Of a stretch of 64,000 bases of DNA, positions 46,310-55,864 are shown piece after piece. The stretch is from NCBI GenBank assembly GCA_964360785.1, contig CAYHXX010000001.1, forward strand, positions 260,187 through 324,186. The letters run 5' to 3'. This DNA comes from an uncultured Gammaproteobacteria bacterium. Its GTDB lineage: Bacteria; Patescibacteriota; Microgenomatia; Woykebacterales; RBG-16-39-9b. How positions within the stretch are numbered: position 1 is the first letter of the stretch; each line of letters opens with the position of its first letter. Below the pieces are notes generated by a model. The model was not told the DNA's origin, made no database searches, and saw only the letters and a list, made by a program, of their open reading frames with translations. The translations under genes and the position numbers were made by a program.

Positions 46310-47452
46310 TTACTTATTTTGTTCTAACACTTGATTGTAGACCCCAAGAGTCTCTTCAGCCATCTTTTTCCATGAGTATTTTCTGACCTGTTGATAGCCT
46401 AGTGCAACCATATTGTTTCTGATCTTTGGCTCTTTGGTTAAGGAATTAATCTTTCGAACTAGTTCTTTTGGATCCCTTGGGTCAAAATAGATAGCTGCAT
46501 CTGCGTATACCTCTGGTAAACTAGTTGCTTTTGCTGCGATAACCGGACACCCTACTCCCATTGCTTCTAGTCCCGGCAAACCAAACCCTTCTGAAAGAGA
46601 GGGGAAAACGAAACATAGGGCTTGGTTAAGAAGTACTTTCAACTCTTCATCTGGGACAAAACCGGGTGTGATAAGTCTACTGCGAACTCCCAGTTCTTCG
46701 GCTTCTCGAATTACCCGATCCAAAAAACTGTTACGTGGGGAAACGCAAACAAATTTCAGATCAGTGGGAATTTGCGCTAGAGATTCGAGTAACACTTTTA
46801 TATTTTTGTAAGGATAGGTGTTACCAACAAAAATTACATATGGACTTTTAACTGAGTATTTTCCAAAAACCTCTTTTATTTTTCCCTCACTTGGAGAGAG
46901 TTGTGGTTCATAAAACTCGTCGGCCCCTTCTGGAGTGACTGCAATTTTTTTGGAGTCAACTTTCATATTTGTTACCAACTGTGTCTTAACATATTGACTT
47001 GGTGTAAAAACAATCTTTGCCCTAGTAACCGCCTGTCTCAAAGTTAACTTGTAAATGTTTTGTTTTGTCAGATAAACTGGTGCAATTTTCGTTGAAGCTG
47101 CAGACGAACCAAAATTGCTTTTTGTCAGATCATGAATAGTGACAACAAATTTGCCTGGATAAAGAAGCGGCACGTTGAAATGGGGAAAATGTACTAAGTC
47201 AAGTTTCTCTTTTACTAGTATTGCCGGCATGATTACCTGTTCTTTAACACTGTACCAACGAGCATCCGCTTTTATCTTTGTGAAGTTAGGGTTTTTAGGA
47301 TTGTAGAGATGAAAATTTGAAGTTCGTAAGAAAACAAAATACTCATTCTTCTGATCAATTAGTTCCAGATTTTCAAGTAGCTTTTCAACATAACGTCCAA
47401 TACCAGTACCTTCTGGACCGTAAAAACGAGCATCTATACCAATTCTATCCAT
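46310..47452 (-). CDS. Glycosyltransferase family 4
   Basis: 380 aa GT-B protein. The C-terminal motif EGFGLPGLEAMGVGCPVIA is typical of GT4. Confidence 0.8.
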   Translation of the reverse strand: MDRIGIDARFYGPEGTGIGRYVEKLLENLELIDQKNEYFVFLRTSNFHLYNPKNPNFTKIKADARWYSVKEQVIMPAILVKEKLDLVHFPHFNVPLLYPGKFVVTIHDLTKSNFGSSAASTKIAPVYLTKQNIYKLTLRQAVTRAKIVFTPSQYVKTQLVTNMKVDSKKIAVTPEGADEFYEPQLSPSEGKIKEVFGKYSVKSPYVIFVGNTYPYKNIKVLLESLAQIPTDLKFVCVSPRNSFLDRVIREAEELGVRSRLITPGFVPDEELKVLLNQALCFVFPSLSEGFGLPGLEAMGVGCPVIAAKATSLPEVYADAAIYFDPRDPKELVRKINSLTKEPKIRNNMVALGYQQVRKYSWKKMAEETLGVYNQVLEQNK

Positions 47453-47454
47453 AG

Positions 47455-48282
47455 TTAATGCTTAGCTAACTTTGTAATAATAGCAGCTGGGTAACTCAAC
47501 AAAATGAATGGTAACAGAATCAAAACGTGCAACCAAGTTTTGTGTTTAGAAAAATAATAAATTAAGCTTTTGTTCCAAATAGTCTGCCTTTTCCAAAAAC
47601 TTAATTGTTTTGTACTCTGACCCACCAAATGTGTAACTGCCGCTTCTGGGTAATAAATAATTTTGTAACCTTTATCCTTTATCCTTTTCAACAAGTCTGT
47701 GTCCTCGAACCACAAAAAGAAATTTTCGTCAAAACCGCCTAGTTTAATTAACGTTTCTCTCCGAATCAGAATAGCCGCTCCCATTAAGTGATTGGCCTCT
47801 TGAGTTTTTGTATAATCAAATTTTTGGTAAACAAGTTTTTTAAAAAAAGGTACTCTGTGTAATTTCAAGCTGATAATAGACTGATTAAGTAGGTTGGGAA
47901 AGTCAGTCGCTTCATTTAAAACTTTTCCTGACTCATCAGTCAGTTTTGGCCCAATCACAAAAACTTCACGATTTCCTTCAAGAAATCCTAGCATAGTTTC
48001 TACTGAATCTTTTTTAACCTCTGTATCTGGATTAAGAAGTAAAATAAATTCCCCATTTGCTATTTTTATCCCTTGATTAGAGGCTTTACCGTATCCTCGA
48101 TTGTCAGAATTAACAATGGCTTTTACTTCCGGATGCTTTTTTAGTATTTGGAATGTTGAATCTGAAGAATTATTGTCAAGGGCAATCACTTCTTTATCCA
48201 TCTTAATGTTTTTGAGCGAGTCCAAACATTTCTGAATTGTATTGGCTGAATTCCAAGTAACAATGATGATTGAGAGTTTCAC
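47455..48282 (-). CDS. Glycosyltransferase family 2
   Basis: 275 aa beginning SIIIVTWNS with a DxD-type GT-A fold. Confidence 0.8.
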   Translation of the reverse strand: MKLSIIIVTWNSANTIQKCLDSLKNIKMDKEVIALDNNSSDSTFQILKKHPEVKAIVNSDNRGYGKASNQGIKIANGEFILLLNPDTEVKKDSVETMLGFLEGNREVFVIGPKLTDESGKVLNEATDFPNLLNQSIISLKLHRVPFFKKLVYQKFDYTKTQEANHLMGAAILIRRETLIKLGGFDENFFLWFEDTDLLKRIKDKGYKIIYYPEAAVTHLVGQSTKQLSFWKRQTIWNKSLIYYFSKHKTWLHVLILLPFILLSYPAAIITKLAKH

Positions 48283-48286
48283 GATT

Positions 48287-49915
48287 TTAAGATAAAAGGT
48301 TAATTGCTTGGTTGAAATAAGGATCTTCTTCTTTTAAGAGTTTCTGCCACTTTTCTCTACAAAACTCTCCTTCTTTTTTCAGTCGTTTTGCTTTTTCTGA
48401 TGTTGTATCTAAACCCCGAGTTAACGATTCGTAATGATAAAGCTCGGCATAAGGCGTCCAAACAACTCGGTAACCCATCTGGTAAATCTTTAAACAAAGG
48501 TCGATGTCGTTAAAAGCAATTGGTAAGTTTTCCTCAAAGCCCCCAACTTTTTCAAACAGTTCCTTTTTGAGTAAAAGACAAGCGCCAGTCACAGCTCGAT
48601 AATTTTGAGGTGTAATTAATCTGTAAAAATAACCTGGATCAGTTCTTGGTTTTTGGACAAACACATGGCCAGCGAAATCCCCTACTCCCAGTATAGCACC
48701 GGCGTGCTGAATCGTATTGTTTGGATAATAGAGTTTTGCACCAACAATTCCCACACCTTTTTTTTCTGCCACTGCTAGCATTTCTTCCAGCCAGTTTGGG
48801 GTAATAATCTCTGTATCATTATTTAAAAACAATAAATACTCGGCACTACTCTTTTTAGCAGCGAAATTATTTAAAGTAGAAAAGCTAAAAGGAAAGTTGT
48901 AGTCGACAATCTTTAGATTATCAAATTTTGAAATTTCTTCGAAATAGTCCAGAGTTCTTTTCTCTTCACTTTGATTATTAACCACACAGATTTCGTAATT
49001 ATGATAAGTAGTCTTCATCACGATTGAGTCTAGACATTTTTTCAACACTTCGACTTTATCTCTAGTCGGTATAATGACGGTTATTTTTGGATGAATCTTT
49101 AATTGGTAACTAATGTTAAAAACATTATTAAATTTTGTGCTTTCAACAGAAGCTAGAACTCCCGTTTTTTCTAAACTAGCTTTAATTAAATCTGGGTTAA
49201 TTGTGTAAACTGTCTTTCCCTTCTGATTATGGTAAAGAATTTTATTTACATGAGAAGCTTTATTTTCCAGAGCAATCTGGAATATAACCTCTCCGAAGTT
49301 ATTTGGTTTAATATCTTTGATTAGATTAAATCTCTCTTTAAACAACTTATTTTTTATTATTATTCCGTTTCCAAGATAGTTGAAACTTTCAAAATATTCT
49401 GGCGACCAATCAGGTTTTAGAGAAGGAGAAAAGCGATTATTCAAGCTTCCAATGTAAACATCCTCATCAGTATAAAAGAGATTGGATTCAGAATTAGTAT
49501 TGACAGCAAAAGCAACTTCATAGAGTGCTTCGGGAGAAAGCAGGTCTCCTGATTGTAAAAAAACTATGTAATCGCCCCAGTTTTCTTTTTCGTAAAGCTT
49601 TTCCAGGCCCTCTTTCAACGAGGTCAGGTTCCAGTTTAAATAAATTTGCTTTTCCAAGGACTTCAAGGATAGGTCTTCATCTAGCTTATTTTTTTCGTTT
49701 GAAAATATCAGTACTGTAAACTTTGGCCTTTTTAAAAAACCTTCGATATTCTTTTTCAGTTTAATAAGCTCACCTGAATTTGGTTCGTTAGCTTTAAGCC
49801 AAGATCGGTAGGGAAAATTTTTTGAAGGAATTAATTTACTAAGTATTTTAATAAAAAATACTCTAAGACCCTTGTTTTTTATTGTTGAAAGACTCTTCCT
49901 GATTAAATTGGCCAT
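48287..49915 (-). CDS. Tandem GT2 glycosyltransferase with a degenerate first domain and an intact second domain
   Basis: 542 aa. The C-terminal domain has ITVIIPTRDK...NDTE. The N-terminal half resembles the first GT2 domain of the 913-aa protein (YTDEDVY...KPDWSPEYF) but has lost the DxD-region consensus. Confidence 0.7.
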   Translation of the reverse strand: MANLIRKSLSTIKNKGLRVFFIKILSKLIPSKNFPYRSWLKANEPNSGELIKLKKNIEGFLKRPKFTVLIFSNEKNKLDEDLSLKSLEKQIYLNWNLTSLKEGLEKLYEKENWGDYIVFLQSGDLLSPEALYEVAFAVNTNSESNLFYTDEDVYIGSLNNRFSPSLKPDWSPEYFESFNYLGNGIIIKNKLFKERFNLIKDIKPNNFGEVIFQIALENKASHVNKILYHNQKGKTVYTINPDLIKASLEKTGVLASVESTKFNNVFNISYQLKIHPKITVIIPTRDKVEVLKKCLDSIVMKTTYHNYEICVVNNQSEEKRTLDYFEEISKFDNLKIVDYNFPFSFSTLNNFAAKKSSAEYLLFLNNDTEIITPNWLEEMLAVAEKKGVGIVGAKLYYPNNTIQHAGAILGVGDFAGHVFVQKPRTDPGYFYRLITPQNYRAVTGACLLLKKELFEKVGGFEENLPIAFNDIDLCLKIYQMGYRVVWTPYAELYHYESLTRGLDTTSEKAKRLKKEGEFCREKWQKLLKEEDPYFNQAINLLS

Positions 49916-49945
49916 ACCTTTTTATTATATACAGAACTCTAGGTC

Positions 49946-49975
49946 TTGACTATTTTAAGAATCTTTTCTTATAAT
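49946..49975 (+). promoter_or_regulatory. Sigma70-type promoter TTGACT-17-TTATAAT for the plus-strand C-methyltransferase gene
   Basis: A near-consensus -35 (49946-49951) and -10 (49969-49975) with a 17-nt spacer, about 65 nt upstream of the ATG at 50040, in a divergent intergenic region. Confidence 0.4.
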
Positions 49976-50039
49976 GTTGATTATCTCCCCACTGCCAGCT
50001 TTCCTAAATAAGGAAATTTTATTACTTATAGTTTAACAA

Positions 50040-51302
50040 ATGAAAAACATCTCTTCTGAAAAAGGTCCTGAGGTTTATGAGCTTATCAACTGCCGCACTT
50101 GTGGACAAAAAACTTTAAAGACTTTTCTTCATCTCGGTCCCATGCCAATTCCTAATGGATTTGTAAAGCCTGATCAACTTGTTGAAGGAGAGGCTTACTT
50201 CCCCCTTGATGTAGCTTTCTGTAAAAATTGTGGATTGATGACCTTGGCTCACGTTGTTCGGCCAGACATTATGTTCAGTAATTATGTTTATATCCCAGGT
50301 ACTTCAACAACTATGGTTGACCATTTTGGTGAAATGGCCAAAGAAATCACCAAGCGCTTTAATCTCAATAAAGACTCACTAGTTATCGATGTTGGCAGTA
50401 ACGACGGGACTTTATTAAAACAGTTCAAATCTCTTGGGGTGAAGGTTCTTGGAATTGATCCCGCTGAAAATATTGCTAAAGAAGCAACCACACAAGGTAT
50501 AGAAACATTGGCTGAATTCTTTGGTGAAGAAGTGGCCAAGGACGTTTCTAAGAAAATAGGCCTGGCCGATGTTATTACTGGAACCAATGTTATCGCTCAT
50601 ATTGACAACTTGGTTGATGTCATGAGAGGAGTCGATGCACTCTTGAAAGACGATGGCGTCTTTATCGGCGAGTTTCCATACTTGGTTGATCTAGTTGAGC
50701 ATGGCGAGTTTGATACTATTTATCACGAACACCTCTCCTATTTTAGTATCCGCTCACTGCTCGCTCTAGCCGAAAGAACAAATTTTGAAATTTTTGATGC
50801 GCAAAGAACAAATGTCCACGGTGGTTCAATTCAAGTCTTTTTCAGAAAAAAAGGCAGGAATAAAGAACCCTTTGTCAGTGAGTTAGTAATTCTTGAGAAA
50901 GCCAAGCGACTCGACACTATCGCTCCCTTCGAAGATTTTGCAAGACGGACTTATTTAAAATGCGAAGAACTTAACGAAATTCTGAAGCAATTGAAATCCC
51001 AAGGCAAAAGAATCGTTGGTTATGGCGCAGCCGCAAAAGGCAACGTGCTAACCAACTTTTTCAGAATTGGACCAGAACTGTTAGATTATATAGTAGACTC
51101 AATTCCTTATAAGCAGGGTCTCTACACTCCGGGGCTTCATATTCCAATCTACCCAGAAACTAAACTTCTGGAAGACATGCCAGATTATGCTTTGATTTTT
51201 GCTTGGAATTTTGCAGACGAGATTGTTAAGAAAAATAGTGAGTACCGTAAAAAAGGTGGAAAGTTCATTACTACCATACCAACAATAAAGATACTTTACT
51301 AG
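50040..51302 (+). CDS. NDP-hexose C-methyltransferase-like enzyme (Zn-ribbon, SAM methyltransferase and C-methyltransferase C-domain)
   Basis: 420 aa with an N-terminal CxxC...CxxC Zn-ribbon (CRTCGQ...CKNCG), a class I SAM motif (VIDVGSNDG) and a C-terminal domain like the TylC3/C-methyltransferase family. Confidence 0.65.
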   Translation: MKNISSEKGPEVYELINCRTCGQKTLKTFLHLGPMPIPNGFVKPDQLVEGEAYFPLDVAFCKNCGLMTLAHVVRPDIMFSNYVYIPGTSTTMVDHFGEMAKEITKRFNLNKDSLVIDVGSNDGTLLKQFKSLGVKVLGIDPAENIAKEATTQGIETLAEFFGEEVAKDVSKKIGLADVITGTNVIAHIDNLVDVMRGVDALLKDDGVFIGEFPYLVDLVEHGEFDTIYHEHLSYFSIRSLLALAERTNFEIFDAQRTNVHGGSIQVFFRKKGRNKEPFVSELVILEKAKRLDTIAPFEDFARRTYLKCEELNEILKQLKSQGKRIVGYGAAAKGNVLTNFFRIGPELLDYIVDSIPYKQGLYTPGLHIPIYPETKLLEDMPDYALIFAWNFADEIVKKNSEYRKKGGKFITTIPTIKILY

Positions 51303-51336
51303 TTAAGTACTTTGGCAATTCTCCTACGCAGATTTT

Positions 51337-51888
51337 TTAACCGGGCTTAACTTTCCAAAAATCTTCTCCGAAAACATCCCAAGGAAGTCGTCTTTCATCC
51401 GGGTTTTCAATATTGAATTGCTGATTCACGAAGTAAAAGACATACAAAGATTCCGGTCCTAAATTAGCATACCCATGAGCCACCCCAGAGGGAATAAGAA
51501 GCATATGTGATTTACCCCCACCTAAAATTAATTTCACCTTCACATTTTTTGTTGGAGATGATTCTCTGGTGTCAACTAGTCCAACCGTCAGAACTCCGTC
51601 AGGTGGAATATACCAAAGGTCTTGCTGTTTAAAATGTAGGTGCCAAGCTTTTATTGACCCTGGCATGACTTTACTGAGGTTAATTTGTCTTAGTTGAAAA
51701 TTTTCTAACCCTTCAAAGGAACCGGAATCAGAGAGACGTCCTACTTCGCAAAGAAAACCATCTTCGGCGGTAAAATTCTTCAGTTCCCAAACCTTTACCC
51801 CATCAATTTGTTGGCTCTTTGAATAATCCTGTACTTTAATTTTTTCACGAAAATCTTTTAAGATATCTTTTTTTGTTAGTTCTTCCAT
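51337..51888 (-). CDS. RmlC-like cupin (dTDP-4-dehydrorhamnose 3,5-epimerase family)
   Basis: 183 aa cupin. It has a WHLHF..Q core and AHGY, resembling the RmlC RGLHFQ...AHGF motifs. The exact specificity is uncertain. Confidence 0.55.
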   Translation of the reverse strand: MEELTKKDILKDFREKIKVQDYSKSQQIDGVKVWELKNFTAEDGFLCEVGRLSDSGSFEGLENFQLRQINLSKVMPGSIKAWHLHFKQQDLWYIPPDGVLTVGLVDTRESSPTKNVKVKLILGGGKSHMLLIPSGVAHGYANLGPESLYVFYFVNQQFNIENPDERRLPWDVFGEDFWKVKPG

Positions 51889-51913
51889 AGTTTAATTATA
51901 GCTTATTTAATTT

Positions 51914-54655
51914 TTAAACTCTAATACTAAAATCTTCTTTATCCAGAGTTAAGTTGGGATTATAGAAAGGATCATTTTCAAGAAGTTTACCCCATTTTTT
52001 CTTCATATAGCTTACTTCAGAGGCATCAACACCTCTAGTTTCGATCTTTCCCAAAGATGTTGATTCATGATGAAAGAGGACTGCCTGAGGCACGTAGACC
52101 ATTTGAAAACCCTTTGCTCTTAGTTTTAGACAGTAATCAACATCATTAAAGAGTATTCTTAAATCCTCATCAAAACCACCGACCTCAAGATAGAGGTTTC
52201 TTTTGGTTAGAAAACAGGCTCCAGTGACAGCAGAATAATTTCTATTAACGTTAACTAAACCACCATAACCAATTTCGTCAGGATAACGGTAGTACGGGTG
52301 TCCAGCAATCCTGTCCGGTCCTAAACCCAGAATAACTCCGCAATGCTGAACTTTTTTATCTCCAAACAGTAGCTTGACCCCAACTCCACCAACATCTTTA
52401 CGCTGAATATGACCAACCATTATTGATAACCAATCCTTTTTAATCGGTTCAATATCGTTTCCCAAAAGAAGAATGTACTCACCTTTCGCCTCACTCACTG
52501 CGTAATTAAAAATTTTGGGTATATGAAATGGTCTGTCGTAATCCAGAATCCTAACTTTTGGGTTTATTTTTAACTTCTCAAAATACTCGTAGGTTTCTTT
52601 TTCTATACTTTGATTATTAATAATAATAATTTCAAAGTTTTGATATGTGTTTGATAAAACTCCATCAACACAGCGCCTTAAAAAATTTACTTTATCTTTA
52701 GTTGAAATAACTATGCTTACTAGTGGCTCTTCTTTAATTGAATAAATAATGTCATAAGATCCTAAAAAGGGTCCTGGTTTTATGATTCCTGGCGTACCCC
52801 TTCTTTGTAAAGCATCGTTAATAACATCTTTATGGACTTTGTAAGCGTATGTTTTACTTCTAGGATTACCTGCAGTTGATCCACTCCACATCCGAAAACT
52901 ATAGAGAATGTTAGGTATATGATAAACTTCCTTAGTTTGTTCAACAGTCCGAAGGATATAATCCCAATCTTGGGTACCCGGGTATTTTTCATTGAAGAGG
53001 CCAATCTTATCCGCCAAGGATTTTCTCAAAGCAAGAAAATGAGTCATATACATCATGCTCAGTAGTAAGTCTGGGGAGTAGTCTGGTTTAAAGAAAGGTC
53101 CTGAATGATTTTCGTTTTCGTCTATTTTATCTTCATCACTATAAATCAAATCCGCTTTCGGATGCTCGTTCAAGACTTTAACTGTTTCGAAAAGCGCATT
53201 TGGCCAATAAATGTCATCATGGTCAAGAACCCCAATGAATTCTCCTGTCACCATCTTCAAAGCAGTATTTGAAGCAACGGATATACCACCGTTTTTTTCC
53301 CGATAAATAACCTTTATTCTCTTATCTTTCTTCTTATACTCTTCGAGAATTAACTTTATATTTTCGTCATTGGAAGCATCATCAGCAATACAAAGTTCCC
53401 AATTTTTGTAGATTTGATTTATCACAGAATCGATTGCTCTTCTTAAAAATTTTTCAGGTGTGTTATAAACTGGCAACAAGATACTTATTTTTGGCTTACT
53501 TGTAAATTTTTCTTCCTGATCCTTCATTTCTTCAATCTTTTGGGTAGTCAAAGCGTTTTTCATTAACCAATCATTATACTGAACATCCATAACTTGCGAA
53601 TAACGAAACTTGTTATAAATAGCTCTTGGACCGTACTTAAAGAGAATTTTAAAGCCTTTTTTAATTTTATCTTGATTTAAGACCACTTTTACAATTTTCT
53701 TAAATAAAGTAAAACCTTGACCGAGTTTGTAAATTCTTGTTTTTTTATACGAGTCAATCAAGATCTGAATTTCTTTAACCTCACTATTTAGTCTTTCATT
53801 TTGTTTCTGAAGTTGAGTGAAATCAAATTCTTTCTGATGAATTCTTTCTGACAGTAAACTCAATGAATCGTAAACAAATTTTTCGTAAAGATTTTCATCT
53901 TTCTTGGATTTTAAATCGTCAATGTTTAACCTATCTACCAAATTCTTGTCTTTGGTAAGAAAGTAAATCTTTCGATAAGAAGGGTCAAAACTATCCCCTA
54001 GTTTCATAAAGTTTTTATTGTAATTTTCATAATAAGCCAACGTATCTTTATCGGTTGTTTCATACACTTCCTCTAAAAAGTTAATACCCATGAACAAAAT
54101 CCAGTTATTAAGATTGTTTTGCCCTATCTTTTTGAAATAAACCCCGTTCTCCTTACAAAATTTTTCAAGCTCGGTTTCCTTTGGCAAAGTACTTTCTAAG
54201 TGTTCTTTTAACCAAGGATGCATTCTACCTAAGTTCTCATAGTAAAGATCATTCAGATAACCCTCAGCTTGTTTAACGTGGGGTGAGTAAAACGGTGCAG
54301 TTAGAATTACCCCGTATTTTGAAACTCTTAGGAGCTCTTGGATAAACTTATATTTACTCTTTTTTGGAATATGCTCCAGTGTTTCTAAAGAAGTCACAAA
54401 ATCAAAAGCCTTATCATTAAAACCGATATTTAGCGCGTCACCTTGAATATAATTTGGTTCATTGTAATCGTTTGGAAGGGTATCAAAGATTTGAATATTG
54501 TAGTTTTTTGGTAAGAACTCGTAAAGTTTGCCCCCTCTACCGCCAACATCAATTATTTTAATATCTTTATTCTCACCAGCAATTTTTTGTAATATTTTGG
54601 AGACAAAAAAATTTCGGCTATAGAGATCCGGTTGTAGTTTGATTAAATCTTTCAT
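51914..54655 (-). CDS. Multidomain glycan polymerase/terminator: class I SAM methyltransferase, coiled coil, then two GT2 domains
   Basis: 913 aa. The N-terminus has a SAM fold (IIDVGGRGG...LETLEHIP). A coiled coil spans roughly residues 230-330. GT2 domain 1 has ISILLPVYNT...DDASND...DHDD and GT2 domain 2 has VSIVISTKDK...NND. Confidence 0.75.
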   Translation of the reverse strand: MKDLIKLQPDLYSRNFFVSKILQKIAGENKDIKIIDVGGRGGKLYEFLPKNYNIQIFDTLPNDYNEPNYIQGDALNIGFNDKAFDFVTSLETLEHIPKKSKYKFIQELLRVSKYGVILTAPFYSPHVKQAEGYLNDLYYENLGRMHPWLKEHLESTLPKETELEKFCKENGVYFKKIGQNNLNNWILFMGINFLEEVYETTDKDTLAYYENYNKNFMKLGDSFDPSYRKIYFLTKDKNLVDRLNIDDLKSKKDENLYEKFVYDSLSLLSERIHQKEFDFTQLQKQNERLNSEVKEIQILIDSYKKTRIYKLGQGFTLFKKIVKVVLNQDKIKKGFKILFKYGPRAIYNKFRYSQVMDVQYNDWLMKNALTTQKIEEMKDQEEKFTSKPKISILLPVYNTPEKFLRRAIDSVINQIYKNWELCIADDASNDENIKLILEEYKKKDKRIKVIYREKNGGISVASNTALKMVTGEFIGVLDHDDIYWPNALFETVKVLNEHPKADLIYSDEDKIDENENHSGPFFKPDYSPDLLLSMMYMTHFLALRKSLADKIGLFNEKYPGTQDWDYILRTVEQTKEVYHIPNILYSFRMWSGSTAGNPRSKTYAYKVHKDVINDALQRRGTPGIIKPGPFLGSYDIIYSIKEEPLVSIVISTKDKVNFLRRCVDGVLSNTYQNFEIIIINNQSIEKETYEYFEKLKINPKVRILDYDRPFHIPKIFNYAVSEAKGEYILLLGNDIEPIKKDWLSIMVGHIQRKDVGGVGVKLLFGDKKVQHCGVILGLGPDRIAGHPYYRYPDEIGYGGLVNVNRNYSAVTGACFLTKRNLYLEVGGFDEDLRILFNDVDYCLKLRAKGFQMVYVPQAVLFHHESTSLGKIETRGVDASEVSYMKKKWGKLLENDPFYNPNLTLDKEDFSIRV

Positions 54656-55864
54656 TTATTTACCTAAACTCCATTCGGCATCAAGTTTAATAATTCCCGA
54701 TTGGTTAACTTCAGTTGAAGCCACTTTGAAACTGGGGCCCTTGTCAATAAAATCATACGCAAAAGAAACATTATAGTCGAACAGACCAACTGTGAGAAGG
54801 TAGGTTCCAGATAGCATAGGAATTTTTCTAATTTTGTAATCAACAAAACCATCTCCATTTAACTTTTTAATGGGGAAACCCGAATCCTTGGTGTTAGGTC
54901 CAGTTATATGAACACCATCTTCTTTCCTGTGAAAAGCAATACCGATAACCGGATTAACAATTTCTTTATTAGTCTGATAATAAATTCTGACGGTGAGAGA
55001 AGTTCCAGTTTCAAAAAATTCTCTTTTCTTAAAACTTACGTCGAGAAACTCCACTTTTTTAATCTTAAACTCCTTTGCTTTTGTTTTGTAATCAAACTTA
55101 CTTTCACTTTTCTTCTTTTCATGTTCTTCCATATTTAACCGCAAATACTCTAAGACTGCTTTTTGAGGAGATCCTTCAAAATAAACCTGCCCTTTATTCA
55201 TTACAATTACCCGATCACAAAATTCCTGAATTCTGCCTAAATCGTGAGAGATGAAAACAATGGTCGCTCCTATCTTCTTAAATTCCTGAAATTTTGTAAA
55301 ACTCTTTTCCTGAAAGGAAGCGTCACCAACCGATAAAACTTCATCAACCAGAAGAACCTCTGGAGCAACATTAACGGCCACTGAAAACGCAAGACGGACT
55401 TGCATTCCTGCTGAATAGAATTTTAGCTGAGTATCAATAAATTTTTCCATTTCAGAAAAAGAAATAATGTCATCAAGTTTCTTATCAATTTCCTTTTTTG
55501 TTAAACCTAAAATTGACCCGTTTAGATAGATATTTTCTATTCCAGTCAGTTCAGGATGAAAACCAGTTCCCAATTCAAATAATGTCGAGACCTTACCAAT
55601 AACCTTAATCGTCCCGCTATCAGGGTTAATTATTCTTGCTAGTACTCTAAGCAAAGTGGTTTTACCCGACCCGTTACTACCGATAATTCCCAGCGATTCA
55701 CCTTTTTTTACGTTAAAGGAAACATTTTTTAATGCCCAGAACTGCTCTACGTAAGACTTCTTTTCTTTAAAAGCCTTTGTAACCAAACCTTTTAAGGTTT
55801 CCTCTTTACCGTGAGTAATCTTAAAAATCTTACTTATATTTTTAACTTCAATTGTATTTGCCAT
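54656..55864 (-). CDS. wzt: ABC transporter ATP-binding protein Wzt with C-terminal carbohydrate-binding extension
   Basis: 402 aa with Walker A GSNGSGKTTLL, the signature LSAGMQVRL and Walker B LLVDE. A roughly 150-aa beta-rich extension follows. Confidence 0.85.
   Translation of the reverse strand: MANTIEVKNISKIFKITHGKEETLKGLVTKAFKEKKSYVEQFWALKNVSFNVKKGESLGIIGSNGSGKTTLLRVLARIINPDSGTIKVIGKVSTLFELGTGFHPELTGIENIYLNGSILGLTKKEIDKKLDDIISFSEMEKFIDTQLKFYSAGMQVRLAFSVAVNVAPEVLLVDEVLSVGDASFQEKSFTKFQEFKKIGATIVFISHDLGRIQEFCDRVIVMNKGQVYFEGSPQKAVLEYLRLNMEEHEKKKSESKFDYKTKAKEFKIKKVEFLDVSFKKREFFETGTSLTVRIYYQTNKEIVNPVIGIAFHRKEDGVHITGPNTKDSGFPIKKLNGDGFVDYKIRKIPMLSGTYLLTVGLFDYNVSFAYDFIDKGPSFKVASTEVNQSGIIKLDAEWSLGK

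Noticed and set aside
51303-51336. Possible bidirectional terminator between the convergent C-methyltransferase and RmlC-like genes
   Set aside because: Only weak, mismatched inverted repeats (ttaagtac / gcttaac) were found, with no convincing stem. It is not reported as a feature.
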